A DNA stretch of 64,000 bases, taken from assembly GCA_044892505.1 (NCBI GenBank), contig CM097883.1, positions 407,154,001 through 407,218,000 on the forward strand, given 5' to 3'. A program made the position numbers and the translations under genes. This DNA is from Schmidtea nova (lineage: Eukaryota). Below are positions 40,426-52,218 of the stretch, in pieces. Below the pieces are notes generated by a model. It ran no database searches and had not been told where the DNA came from. It saw only the letters and a program-made list of their open reading frames with translations. How positions within the stretch are numbered: the first letter of the stretch is position 1; every line of letters begins with the position of its first letter.

Positions 40426-40862
40426 ATTGGTCTTTGCTAATCTTTTCTCTCAAGCCTTGACTAACTGGCCTGGATCTAACACTGGTAGCAGAGCGTGGTT
40501 TTCATTGGGGAACCACGCACAACTTGGAAATTCTTTGAAATTGCTAGTTTTTTTGCATAACAATTATGAAAATATTATTTTGATTTTTCTACATTTTTAC
40601 GATTTTTTGTTTGTGAGTGCGGAATTGATCACCCTTCCCTCTAAAGCGCGTTTTTAAGGGGAAAGACGCTAGGGGGCTTTGATAAAGGGAGTAATGTGCG
40701 AGATTTAAGTTTAAGTTTTTAAGATGAAAAGTGGAATGACTTGGCCACAGGATATTGAGAAAAATGCTGCTATGGGCTCCAGCATTCTTTAAATTTTCCG
40801 GAGAATATGGGAAGGAAAGGTACTCGTATCCGTATGTGGTTGGGCGATCGAGAGAGGTAGGA

Positions 40863-41425
40863 CAGATATTTGTGAAGACTTTGACAGGGAAACTATCACT
40901 CTTGAAGTGGTAATGAATGACATAGTTGCGAAGGTAAAAAGAAAAAAGATATTAGAATTCCGCTTGTGCAGCAAAGGTTAATTTATACTGGCAAGCAATT
41001 AGGAAGCCGAAAATTATCGGATTATATGATACAGGATGAATCCACTATTCATCTATCAAATTATATTGTGTGGAGGGAATGAGCAGGAATTAGAGGAAGG
41101 ACTGAGAAAGAAGAGGAGTGTTAAATATAGATTGACGAGTTTGAGAAACAAATGGATGAACGATATTCTGGCAGAAGATGCATCACATGTGCTTGATGAT
41201 TATCAGGCAATAGAAAGTGTCATAGAGAGTTTTGATAGACTGTTGGACATCAGAAAAAGATTAGGCAGGTCAGATATAACAATTGTGGTAGAAGCTGATT
41301 TAAAAAAGATAGAAGAAAAAAATGAAAAAGTTTTTCTAAAAAAAACTCCTTTAAAAACCAAACCAAATTCATTTGATAAAACAATCCAAAATCGATATCT
41401 AATTCCAACCAATAGATTTCCCTAA
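40863..41425 (+). pseudogene. Degenerate ubiquitin fused to an unknown ~115-aa helical tail
   Basis: QIFVKTLTGK-[frameshift]-TITLEV...IPLVQQRLIYTGKQL...KLSDYMIQDESTIHL...LCGG, then NEQELEEGLRKK... The ubiquitin part has several frameshifts. Confidence 0.8.
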
Positions 41426-41499
41426 AGCCTTCCAAATTCACCAAAAAACAAATTGTACACTCACTTACACTAAAAACCGCATCATCAATTGGATTAATG

Positions 41500-41950
41500 C
41501 ATCTAATTGATGAAACATCAATTAATTCTTCTTTTAGTATATTGTGGATTGCTCAATGGCTGCTGTTGATCAGCTTGTTTAGATTAATTGTTCATCGACC
41601 ACCTTTGTTATTCCAATTCCTCCTTTTTCTCTTGGAGAATGCATAATTGCATCAGCAAGAGATCTTTTATATGGGACATCCAAGATGTTTTTTGACTCTA
41701 GGAGCATCCTGATTTTGTCGTCAAAAGTCTTGATATGAGTTTTTGTGGCATCTTCGGCTTGAAGCGGGAAGATGAATTTTGAGTAGCAAAAGATGTTGTA
41801 AGCATCTATTTTCTGGTGTGCTCTTAATTTTGAGTTGAAGATTTCTTCTGTTTTTTATATGACTTCATTAAATAATTCAGTCATATCATTCCTTTTTGTT
41901 TCACCGATGTTCTTATTATAATTTCTAAAACGTATATGAATAATTCTAAT
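41500..41950 (-). mobile_element. Non-LTR retrotransposon RT thumb fragment (R2/NeSL/R4-like)
   Basis: EEIFNSKLRAHQKIDAYNIFCYSKFIFPL...FDDKIRMLL...IMHSPREKGGIGITKVVDE. In-frame stops. Confidence 0.7.
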
Positions 41951-43749
41951 ACAAAAAACTTCCAATAAAAAATCAAAAATATTGCATTGAAATACCTTGT
42001 TCTGGCTGGATAGCCAGAACCATATTCTGAAGGATCCAGAAAGCGCGTGGTCCCCCGATGGGAACCACGCTCTGCTACCAGAAATGTTTGTGATAAAACG
42101 TAACGCCCTTTCAATGATTTTATTGGCATATGTTTTGAACATCACAAGAGGAGATTGAGGATCAATCATAAAGTTGATGATAATAACGGTAATACGCAAC
42201 TACATGATACATACTGTTGAACAAGTATTTGTAGAAGTAATTGTGACAAATTAGAAATTAGAAATTAGAAATTAAGATAAAATTATAATATCTTAAAATT
42301 TCTAATTTACTAAACTTTAATAAATAAATTAAATTCAGTACACGTCAAAAAAAATAATAAGGGAACAGATAGATTGAAACCAATTATTAGAAATCAATGT
42401 TATAAATGATGTATAGGTACGAACCCACTATAGATTAATACATTATTAACCTCAAGGATGCTGGGAATAAAGATAGTACTAAAAATAGTAATTGTTGTTT
42501 GAACTTTTAAAAATAGAAATTTTGTTGTTCAAAAACAAATATTATTGACAGATAACAACTCTTATCACTTGAAGTTAAGGACCACAAAAAATAACTATAT
42601 AAATCATAGTTTTCATTTGTCAAACCACCCAAAAATCACTGTAATTGAAAATCTTATAGTTGTTATCGGTTATAAAATTAAATTAGAGCATACAGTAAAT
42701 CGAGCTCACATATTACATTTACAACACATTTGCACACAAACAAATTTTGATGTAAAAGAAGTTGTTTGATTTTGATTTAACTTGGTAATTATCATTTTGT
42801 TATTTAATAGAAGTTTAATAAGAACCAGTGTTGACTTATTTATTTATATAAGATCATCAAGTTGAGATTCTGGGAACCTTAACAAAGATTGGTTCACCAA
42901 AATATAAAAAGCCATGACTGTTAAGGAATATATCCTATTTTATAAAAATAATATTAACAAAGCTATAAATTCAGCCTAGCCCATGCTCAACAATCATAAT
43001 CCTTTCATCTAAAAATCTTCCTGTAGGGATCTCGAGCGATTCGTCCACAGAATAGGTTCTGTAAAGTAAGATTCTCTGGAGAGGCGATTTTCTCGAAGTC
43101 AGCATTCCGTAGTGGTATTGTCTTATTAATTGTCGCAAATTCTTTAGAGAAAATTTAATCAATGTCCCAAGGCGATTCCAAGGCGAATTAAACTTTATTT
43201 TTCGAATAACAAAACAACTAAAAATCCGAGAATTAATCACAATTTTTTTTAAATTCCAAAAATAATCGTATTGTTAATTCGCAAAAGTCGATCGACATAC
43301 AAAATCTCTCTTAAATTCCAAAAACAGCCTCAAGCAAACAAACATAAAATTTATTCATCCAATTGGGTGCATATATAGTCATAAAAATTTCAAAAGTCTA
43401 AACAGTTCGACACACACAAATACTTAACTCCAAAACCATTGGTCGCACACCCAATGGTTTTGGTAAAATTCCAGCATATTATCATTACTTTACTATTTTA
43501 TTTTGCGGCTGATATTTATATATAATTCTAATCTAATTACTTTTACTATCAAAATATTATATATTAAATATTTATATACACAAGATTATAACGAAATAAT
43601 ACTTTCTTATTATAAAATATTAAACAAAACATTTTATTTATTTATATTTTACTTGATATAATAAATATATTAATATAAAACAATATAAAAGTAATAATAT
43701 AAACAAAACAGTTTGAATATAAATTCTATTATATTAAAACGAATTCGAA

Positions 43750-44640
43750 ATATTGATTTCATCGTTTGGTTGAATTCTAAAAATCTTTGGACATCTTAAA
43801 ATTATACAATTCATTAAATAAACATTTATCATCAAAGTGTATGATGTGGGATCAGCGTAAGAAAGCCTTCATTGATTCCAATTTCCAATTCATATTAATA
43901 AACGAATAGATATTATTACAACAAATGATTCGTTAGAGACTAATATCATATTTTACATTAAATGCCAATAATTTCCTCATGCCCCATTTATTAGTCGTCA
44001 ATAACACTATCATATTGAAAATCTTGGCAAAAAGTGACATGTAATTCGGCAGCGCGAAATTTGTTTTACAAATTCCGGTAGGTCTTATGAATTCCAATGT
44101 CCGTTTATTAATTTCAAACTTTGGTATGTACCAATTATTATCAAATGCAGCTCGAGTTGGTATTCAATTTTTGGTAATATTGTCGATTGGAGCTTTTGAT
44201 ATAACTTGATAAATTCAAGGGGCTTCTCCTGTTCAACCAATAGAACTAGACATTAAAATCGTCCCCAAAAATCTGTTGAAGGTATTCGTATTGATGATCG
44301 CTGCCCAATGAGAATTTTGTCGCCATTTGTTAAAGCAGTTTACTCGATTCAATACCCGTTACCAATGTAATACCGAGTTCTTTTTCTTTCTGACAAATTT
44401 GCCCGCATGACAGTGTGACAAACATTTTCATAAAATGTCTTTTCACCGAAATGTCTTCTTGACCTATATCAAAACTATAATTATTATCACAAATTTGATT
44501 TAATTGTGTTCTTTTAATTATAAAATCAGCGTGATCGATAGAAAATTGATAATTTTTGTATCTCCTTTTAAGATCAGATGATACTGCAATGGCTGATTGA
44601 TGATTACTCACTTCTTCATATCCATTAGTTGACTGAAATA
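43750..44640 (-). pseudogene. Heavily degraded CRESS-type Rep (HUH endonuclease + SF3 helicase)
   Basis: KRRYKNYQFSI...FDIGQEDISVKRH (endonuclease-like), RPTGICKTNFAL (decayed Walker A) and QYDSVIDD (Walker B-like). These are colinear with the better-preserved Rep at 53478-54523. Confidence 0.55.
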
Positions 44641-45345
44641 ATTAATCACTAGTCTAGATAGTTTGGCATATTCTTTTACTACCTTTGAAAGGTGAGTAAA
44701 ATTGCCGCAACTTGATGATTTAAAGGACTTGGTTTATGGCAAAATTTTATCACCATAGTGCTTTCGTTTCCCGTCTTTAATTTGACTGATTGTATTGAAT
44801 ATTTTGCACACTATCAGTTTTGGATCCGTATTCCGTCCTTTATGGGTCATTAATCACGAGGGTCATATTTTAAAATAAGTTTTTAGTAAAAATAAAATTT
44901 TTCGACGTTTTGATGGTTTTGACCTACCATAAAACCATTGAAAATATTACCATCATACTCATTAAACGATTTATTATCGATATACACCAATTTTTTTCAT
45001 TTTTACGACACTGAATGTTTTTTGACTTACCAAAATTCAATTTGTGAAGATTCGAATAACACCATCAAACTCAGCATACAGTTCTCTATTGGTTGATACC
45101 AAAATAAAAATATCTTTCTTTGAAGGTTTTTGTTCATCCATAAAACTGCTAGAGTACTTACATATTAACGCCACTGCAGCTACGNNNNNNNNNNNNNNNN
45201 NNNNNNNNNNNNNNNNNNNNNNNNNNNNNNNNNNNNNNNNNNNNNNNNNNNNNNNNNNNNNNNNNNNNNNNNNNNNNNNNNNNNNNNNNNNNNNNNNNNN
45301 NNNNNNNNNNNNNNNNNNNNNNNCTGATCAAACTTTGACTATTTA

Positions 45346-45525
45346 TCATCTGTGTGCGCGTGGTAAGGTGTCTTTTGCATTGCTCGTCTGTGTGCGCTGC
45401 AGAGTTGTAGTTGGTTGTTGTCGCGTCCGTGTGCGCATTTGTCAATTATACTATTAGTTGGCATTCAGCGTCTGTGTGCGCTTTTTCTTTGCTCCTTGAT
45501 CTGGTGATTCGCGTCTGTGTGCGCG
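45346..45525. repeat. Second array of GCGTCTGTGTGCGC motifs with unique spacers
   Basis: Cores at 45349, 45387, 45426, 45471 and 45514. The array may continue into the adjacent gap. Confidence 0.85.
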
Positions 45526-45714
45526 TTGGATTTAATTGATTTTCTCGTGTATTTATTTTGGAATTTGAGTATTGATTTCTGAAAATCTGGATTGTTTTAA
45601 TAATCCAATTCGTATTTGGATTTTGGGAGTTGTTTTTTGAATGATATTATTTCTGATTTGGGATTTGAATTTATTGGATTTGATTTCAAAAGAAAACGAC
45701 GAGTGAATATAAAT

Positions 45715-48456
45715 GTATGAAGTGTGAGAATATTATGCCTTCTGCAAATTGCTTCTCTTCGAAAAAGGTGTTATCAATGTTTATGGAATGAAACCTGACC
45801 AAATAAATAGAAAATGCTTAACATTAAATTAGGGCTGGTAACGATCAATGTAATTTTAATAGTTAGCTTTTATAAAAATAACGATTAATTAATAGTCAAT
45901 TTCGATTAAAAAATACCTGTAGTTAAAATCATGATCAAGTTTATTTAACAAAACAGCACAAGCTTTTCTCATTCAAACGTCGTCAGATAACCAGCTGCCC
46001 AAACACACCAACATATTCACCGTATTTGGTTCGAGTGATGAACGTGTCTTATTAACAATGTAACCGGCCGAGCTAAATAAACGTTCACATGGAACCGAGG
46101 TAGCTGGTATAGAGAGAATATTTTTGGCCAATGAAGCCAATTTTGGATAACGATGTTCATTAAGCTTCCACCATTGTAGTGGGTCAACTGTCTCAGCAAC
46201 TTTTTTTTATTTTTATAGCGATATAATTCATCGTCCGCGCTTTCAACCTCTTCTTCCGAGTCAGAGTCTGACTCCATCAACTTAATACGCCTTGCAGCAG
46301 GTTCGAATATAGGTTCAGTGAAGACGTCAGTATCATAATTAGTCTGCAGCTGATTATCAATCAGACAGCATGCTATTTTTCTCGGAATAAGTGACCAAGT
46401 TTGTTCTTTTAATTCGTCTGACAAGCACCTCAAGTTTTTATATCGTGGATCTAGTGCTGTTGCAATCTGCAATTTTTCAATATTAATCATACCAGTTACA
46501 CGTTCTTTGAAGTCATCAATAGAAGCTTCCTTGAATCTGGCTATATAGCCTGGATCATCATCATTTACCATCATATGTTTCGTCAATGATGATAATAACG
46601 GTAATACGCAACTACATGATACATACTGTTGACCACCAAGTAAGACCGTTGCCTGGCAGAACAAGTCCAAAATATCTACGTATTTTGAAATCTTCTCCCA
46701 GTCATTATCTGACAATTTAAAAACTTGGAATTTCTTTTCCTCCCGTGACATATGGACAGTTATTGCATCCCTGGCCCTCAGCAAACTTTGCTTCATCACA
46801 AAAATACTGTTCCATCTTGTTGAAACATCTTGTTGCAGTTTGCGCAATGGTGACTCAGTACAACTTTTTAATTCTGACGTATTTGCAGTACTATGCTTAA
46901 AGTGGCTAACAATTTTTCTGCATTTATTAAATAAATTTTCAGTATCTGCGGCCTTAAATGCGTGTAATATGCTCAACTGTAGGCTATGAGCCATGCATGG
47001 AATATGAGAAAAGCCACTTAGATTTACGACCGAAACAATATTTCGTGCATTGTCTGTCACTAGAGCCTGAACTTTCTTTGATATGTTCCATTCTGCTGCA
47101 AACTGCTTGTATAATTCGGCCACATTGTTAGAATAGTGACGTTCAATAACAACCACACGTTCAATAACAATACTTCGCAAATTCCAGTCGTCAGTAATCC
47201 AATGGCCAGTAATACCACAGTAACTTTCACTGCCTAGAGATGTCCAAAAATCAGACGTTAACGCAACTGCAGTTGCGGTTTTCACTGCTTCTTTAACATT
47301 CGTACTTTTGCTGTCGTACATTTCATTCAACAATTTATCAATAGTTCGCCTGCATGGTAGTTTGTAGTCTGCATTTTGAAGTGCTCTGCGTAACACTTGC
47401 TGGAGGCCCTCATCTTCTACGATCGATATTGGTCTTCCACTACTAGCTATCCAACTTGCAAGTGATAATTTAATGTCGCCCTGTACAGCGGCACTAACCG
47501 GACGATCTGACTGGTAACAAAACTGACTTAGATTACTCTGTCTAGAAGTGGATGACGATGCTGCAACCAAATTGCTAAATGAAGCTGACTTTACTTGCTG
47601 GAGTTTCTGATACTTTAATGGGTGTTTTTTTTGAAGGTGGTAAGTAAGAGAAGTGTTTGATCCATGATACGCGAATTGTTTATCGCAATGTATGCAAGAA
47701 ATGTAATCAACATTTTCTATCTTTCGTTCGTTCGACAACTTAAACCCAAAATGCTCATGTAATCGCCCAGTTATAGATTTATTTTTAGTATCTTTACTGA
47801 TATTGGTCGTCAGATTACATTGTTTAGCGTCACCATTGTCTCCTGGATTCCTGTACATTTGGCAATGATGGGTAAACTAAAAATTGAAATGCGATTAATT
47901 GTTAAAAATAATTTAATCGTTAATTTTTTTAACGATTAATCGATTAATTAATCGATAATAACCGCAGCCCTACATTCAATTGTCCAATGATGAAAGTTGT
48001 TGAAAACGATAATGTGATATTTCATTGTGAATATTGTGATCAATCGAACTGTTCGAGATGCAATAAAAGGTTTGAAATATTACAGCATTATCGATGAAAT
48101 TTTGGGAAGTTGGGAGAGACGAAATATTAGACAGAAATGAGCCATTATTGACATTAAACGAGAAAGGATTTGGTCTATTTCCAAGACAATGTGATGACAT
48201 TCATGCAACATTTCAAATGATAGCATCTAAATTCTATATTCCACAGCGATCTGGAACTGAAACCTTTTCTCTGGATAGTTTGCCGATCGCTGAGCAGTAT
48301 ATTGTCGAACTCATCTTATCGTATTGGAGTTTGTCTTCAGAGCAAAGCTTGACATTCAAGCTCAATAATGACATCAAGATCCCTGAAGCGCGCTGGTTTT
48401 CTGGATCTCAAACCAATGGCCAAACAAATCACAGAGAGCCTCTTTCTATTCTTTAA
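45715..48456 (+). pseudogene. IBR-like Cys-rich gene disrupted by the hAT insertion
   Basis: Removing the element and one TSD copy restores the frame RKCLTLNCPMMKVVENDNVIFHCEYCDQSNCSRC. The downstream ORF 48094-48456 is unassigned (possibly PARP-like; weak). Confidence 0.45.
45830..47972 (-). mobile_element. Near-intact hAT (Ac/ZBED1-like) transposon
   Basis: TIR TAGGGCTG at both ends; 8-bp TSD CATTAAAT/CATTCAAT. BED finger (CIHC...HLQKKH), LTSDFWTS, LVTDNARN, CMAH and DVSTRWNS. A single frameshift in an A-run near 46205 separates off the dimerization domain (DPLQWWK...VPCERLFS). Confidence 0.95.
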
Positions 48457-48573
48457 CACCGTGTTCATTACAAACAACAATTTAGTGATTACAAACTCGA
48501 GTTGCTCGCTTCTTTGATAAAAACATTGTTTGATAGAAATAAAAATACCTTCCAAACGGTTTTTGCTCGATTC

Positions 48574-48607
<34 letters not shown>

Positions 48608-49211
48608 TTAATAAAAAATAATCGATAATAATAATTAATAATAATCGACAATCGATAATAATCAATAATAATAATAGTCAATAATAATAATATTATTTGT
48701 CTGTAGCTGCGATGGCGTTAATACGTAAGTATCCTTTCTAGAATATCATTATCATACTCATTAAAAAATTTATCAAGCCAAAAATTTTTTTGAAATTTTT
48801 GACCTTTGATGGTTTTTACTCACCATGGTTCAACCAATGAAGTTCTAACTAAAACCACTATACTCAGCTTATTATCAATAGATAGAAAAATTTAAAACAT
48901 TTAAAAATTTGAACATTCTTTTATCTATCTTTAAAAGCATAACTATTGGATAATTTAAAAAAGGCACGAGACTTTAAAATAACACATGAGTCATTGACAC
49001 TAAAATATTTCACTGCTGTGCTGTGCTACTTTTAACATTAGCACGCTCATACTCTATAATAGCATGGTAATTAAAATTAGATATTAAAAAAAGCCAAGGT
49101 AAGATAAGTTTTGAAAATTATAAATAACTTTAATAGAAGATTATTTACAAAATCACAAAGTTAGTTGAATTTTTTAAATTATTTTATAAATTACAATTAT
49201 TAAATTATTTC

Positions 49212-49892
49212 ATTAAAAGCAACAATAAATCAATACTTACTTTTCTTCATTCATGATGTTTTCCATTGAAATAACAATTATTAGACCCATTTTATTATTG
49301 TTGCTGTCGATGTTGTTCATTTTATAAATTGATTACTTCAAAAAATTAAAAAAATTATTTATTCACTTACTATCATTAAATTATTTCATTAAAAAAATAA
49401 AAGTAAATCAATACTTACCTATTTTTTTCATCTTTTGCCGAGTAGTGGCGAGTTAAGTTATTTTAATCGTAATTATTGACGAATTTGTTTCTGGTCATTT
49501 AAAAAAATTCAAATTTCATTCAAAAAAACTTTGTTATACATGATTAACCCAATTAAAAGCAACAATAAATCAATACTTACTTTTCTTCATTCATGATGTT
49601 TTCCATTGAAATAACAATTATTAGACCCATTTTATTATTGTTGCTGTCGATGTTGTTCATTTTATAAATTGATTACTTCAAAAAATTAAAAAAATTATTT
49701 ATTCACTTACTATCATTAAATTATTTCATTAAAAAAATAAAAGTAAATCAATACTTACCTATTTTTTTCATCTTTTGCCGAGTAGTGGCGAGTTAAGTTA
49801 TTTTAATCGTAATTATTGACGAATTTGTTTCTGGTCATTTAAAAAAATTCAAATTTCATTCAAAAAAACTTTGTTATACATGATTAACCCAA
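49212..49892. repeat. Near-perfect 340-bp tandem duplication
   Basis: The unit starting ATTAAAAGCAACAATAAATCAATACTTAC occurs at 49212 and again at 49552. Confidence 0.9.
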
Positions 49893-49899
49893 TGTACAC

Positions 49900-50150
49900 A
49901 AAGTTCACCTAATTTAATAAATTTTAAACTTCTTTTTGTTTAAGGTGTGTACAGCAATATAGTTAACTATTTTAGTTACAAGTTTCATCACATTTTCAAC
50001 GACCTTGAGACTGTTCTTTGCATACAAAGCTTCCTGGTGTATGATGAAAAGAAAGCCCAGCAATTGAGATCCAACAGGCTTTGTAGATAATTTGACGAAT
50101 CCCGCTTTCTTGCCAATCATCATACTGGGTGCACAATCTGTAGTTACAGA
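49900..50150 (-). mobile_element. hAT (Charlie/Buster, GTF2IRD2-like) transposase fragment
   Basis: VTTDCAPSMMIGKKAGFVKL...IIHQEALYAK. Confidence 0.75.
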
Positions 50151-50679
50151 TTATCTAAAATTAATTGATTAATTAAAAATTATTTTGTCACTTACTATTG
50201 TTAAGATCAAAAAATGCGGATGACTGACTCCAAGTTGGTAAATAAATAAATAAATATACATAACGTATTGTCTTATTAAAATCATTCGTTACTATATGTT
50301 CGAAAAAAACATTTTTAAAAAATTTTGATTAACTATCAAAATTTACTATCTGTGTTAACAATATACAAGTGTTAACCAATATTTGATTAGAATAATCCTT
50401 ACTGTTGTATGACAGTCTGCAAGAAATTGTTGGCTCCTATGATTTTGGGGCACCCAGAGTATACTGAAGTAGGCGATTTTACTTTGTATTCGATTGTTAT
50501 CTTTTACTGAAGAATACTTTTAGCCTTCCTTTTAAAACGTTTATTTTTTCAAAAGAAAATTTTTAAATTACCCATTATCGATTTATGAAATTATTCTTTA
50601 CGAATTCTGCCAGAACAACTCATTCTTCTCCATGCAGCTTATGCGAAATATATAGGGCCCCCTTACCCCCCCCCCCTAC

Positions 50680-51730
50680 TGTTGAGGTTGTTAAATTAAA
50701 ATTATCTTAAATTAAATTAGAATTATTTTGAATCAAAAGAAAATTGAAGTGAAACGAAAGAGAATCGAAATCGAAGCTGGAAAACGGAATAGGTGTAGAT
50801 CAGGGATTGGCGAAGAAGATAGTGAGCAAGAAATTGTCAGAAAAGGTCTTGAAAGGGTTGAAAATAGGTAAAAAAGGTTAAAACAGAAATCATTAATTAA
50901 TTAATTAATTGGCTAATGGAAAACCCGGGCTAATGGGAAGTCAGAGCCAATGGAGAACCCGAGAGATGAAGAAACCTCGAGCACGGGTATTAGGGAAAAT
51001 AAACAAACTGAACGTTGGAGAACGATTATCAAAACAAACAAAACGACTTTTGGAGAAACATTATTTTAACAACCGAGCGCGGCAATCGAGAAAAATAAAC
51101 AGTTTAACTTTTAGAGAACTATTATGGAATCAACAGGATAAGTGAGGGTAAATAAAATAAGATCGGAAATAACATGAAGGAACGGTAGAAGTGATTAATT
51201 ACAGTTATTTTATCATAATATCAAAGGAAACCGCTGGTAATCAAAATGATTATTGGAGTATATAAGGAGACTCCAAATTCAGAAAATTCGGCGTTAGCCT
51301 TAGGTAGGGAAGAAGAAATCGACAATAGGTTTTGGAGATTGTGAGAAGAAGTGAAATTGGGAGAAGTGGAAAATTAAGGAATCAAAGAAGTCAGATCAAG
51401 AAAATTAAAGGATATCAAAAGTGAATCAAAGAGTTGAGTGAATTAAATTCAAAATAGTCAAACACATCGAATCGAAGGCAAGGAGTCGTATAAAGGAATT
51501 AAAAGGTGACATTTACTTTCAGATCGCACAGGGTCGAGACTTCCGAGGCGAGGCTTGATCGAGTAGATAAAAAGTTTGATTATTAATTTATTGTTGCGAA
51601 ATTGGTTGTGAGTGAGAAGTGTAAAGTGTGATAACAAATATACGTTGGGAAAATCGGAGTTTATTGATTTGTCTGAACACGAGGAGTCAGAGTAACCAAC
51701 GATCAATCTTTTGTTATTAGAAACCCAACA
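50680..51730 (+). mobile_element. Solo LTR (1051 bp, 4-bp TSD CTAC)
   Basis: TGTTG...CAACA with CTAC on both sides and TATATAA near 51258. Confidence 0.85.
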
Positions 51731-51864
51731 CTACCCCCAAGTCTGATTTCATAGAACACGGCGCCAAACAAGGAATAATTATCGATTTTTAAACATTTTT
51801 ATTATAAAGTAACTAGTTAACTACCCCAAGTGGATTAACCCGCAACACAACTAGTTACTTTTAT

Positions 51865-52218
51865 ATGAAAAAGTTAGAAGATGAGTCATAGAACATTATT
51901 ATGAATGACTTATTAATTTATAATGAATTGTCGACTACATGAATGTTAACCTAATCAAGCTCATGTGTGAAGGTAATATTTTAATGCGAGTGTCTCGAAA
52001 AAACGAATCTAACGCATCTCTACCTTCTGTGCCGTGTATCATTTCAAACAATCATCCTATTTGGAAGTATGCCAGTGAACACTAGCAAGCACTTCGAAAC
52101 AGGAGTTTATATATCGTGTGTGAGAACCCTTATATATTTAAAGCAAATGTAGATGTATTTAAATCGACAAATAATGTAAAATTTAATTATTTTAATAAAG
52201 TAAACAAGTATTTTTAAA
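51865..52218 (+). pseudogene. Parvovirus-NS1-like SF3 helicase C-terminal fragment
   Basis: NLIKLMCEGNILMRVSRKNESNASLPSVPCIISNNHPIWKYASEH*QALRNRSLYI resembles the B'/motif C/Arg-finger region of NS1-type helicases. No Walker A was found. Confidence 0.55.

Noticed and set aside
44942-44950. CRESS origin nonanucleotide AAATATTAC upstream of the decayed Rep
   Set aside because: It is not presented in the loop of a clean stem, and such a 9-mer is expected by chance in AT-rich DNA.
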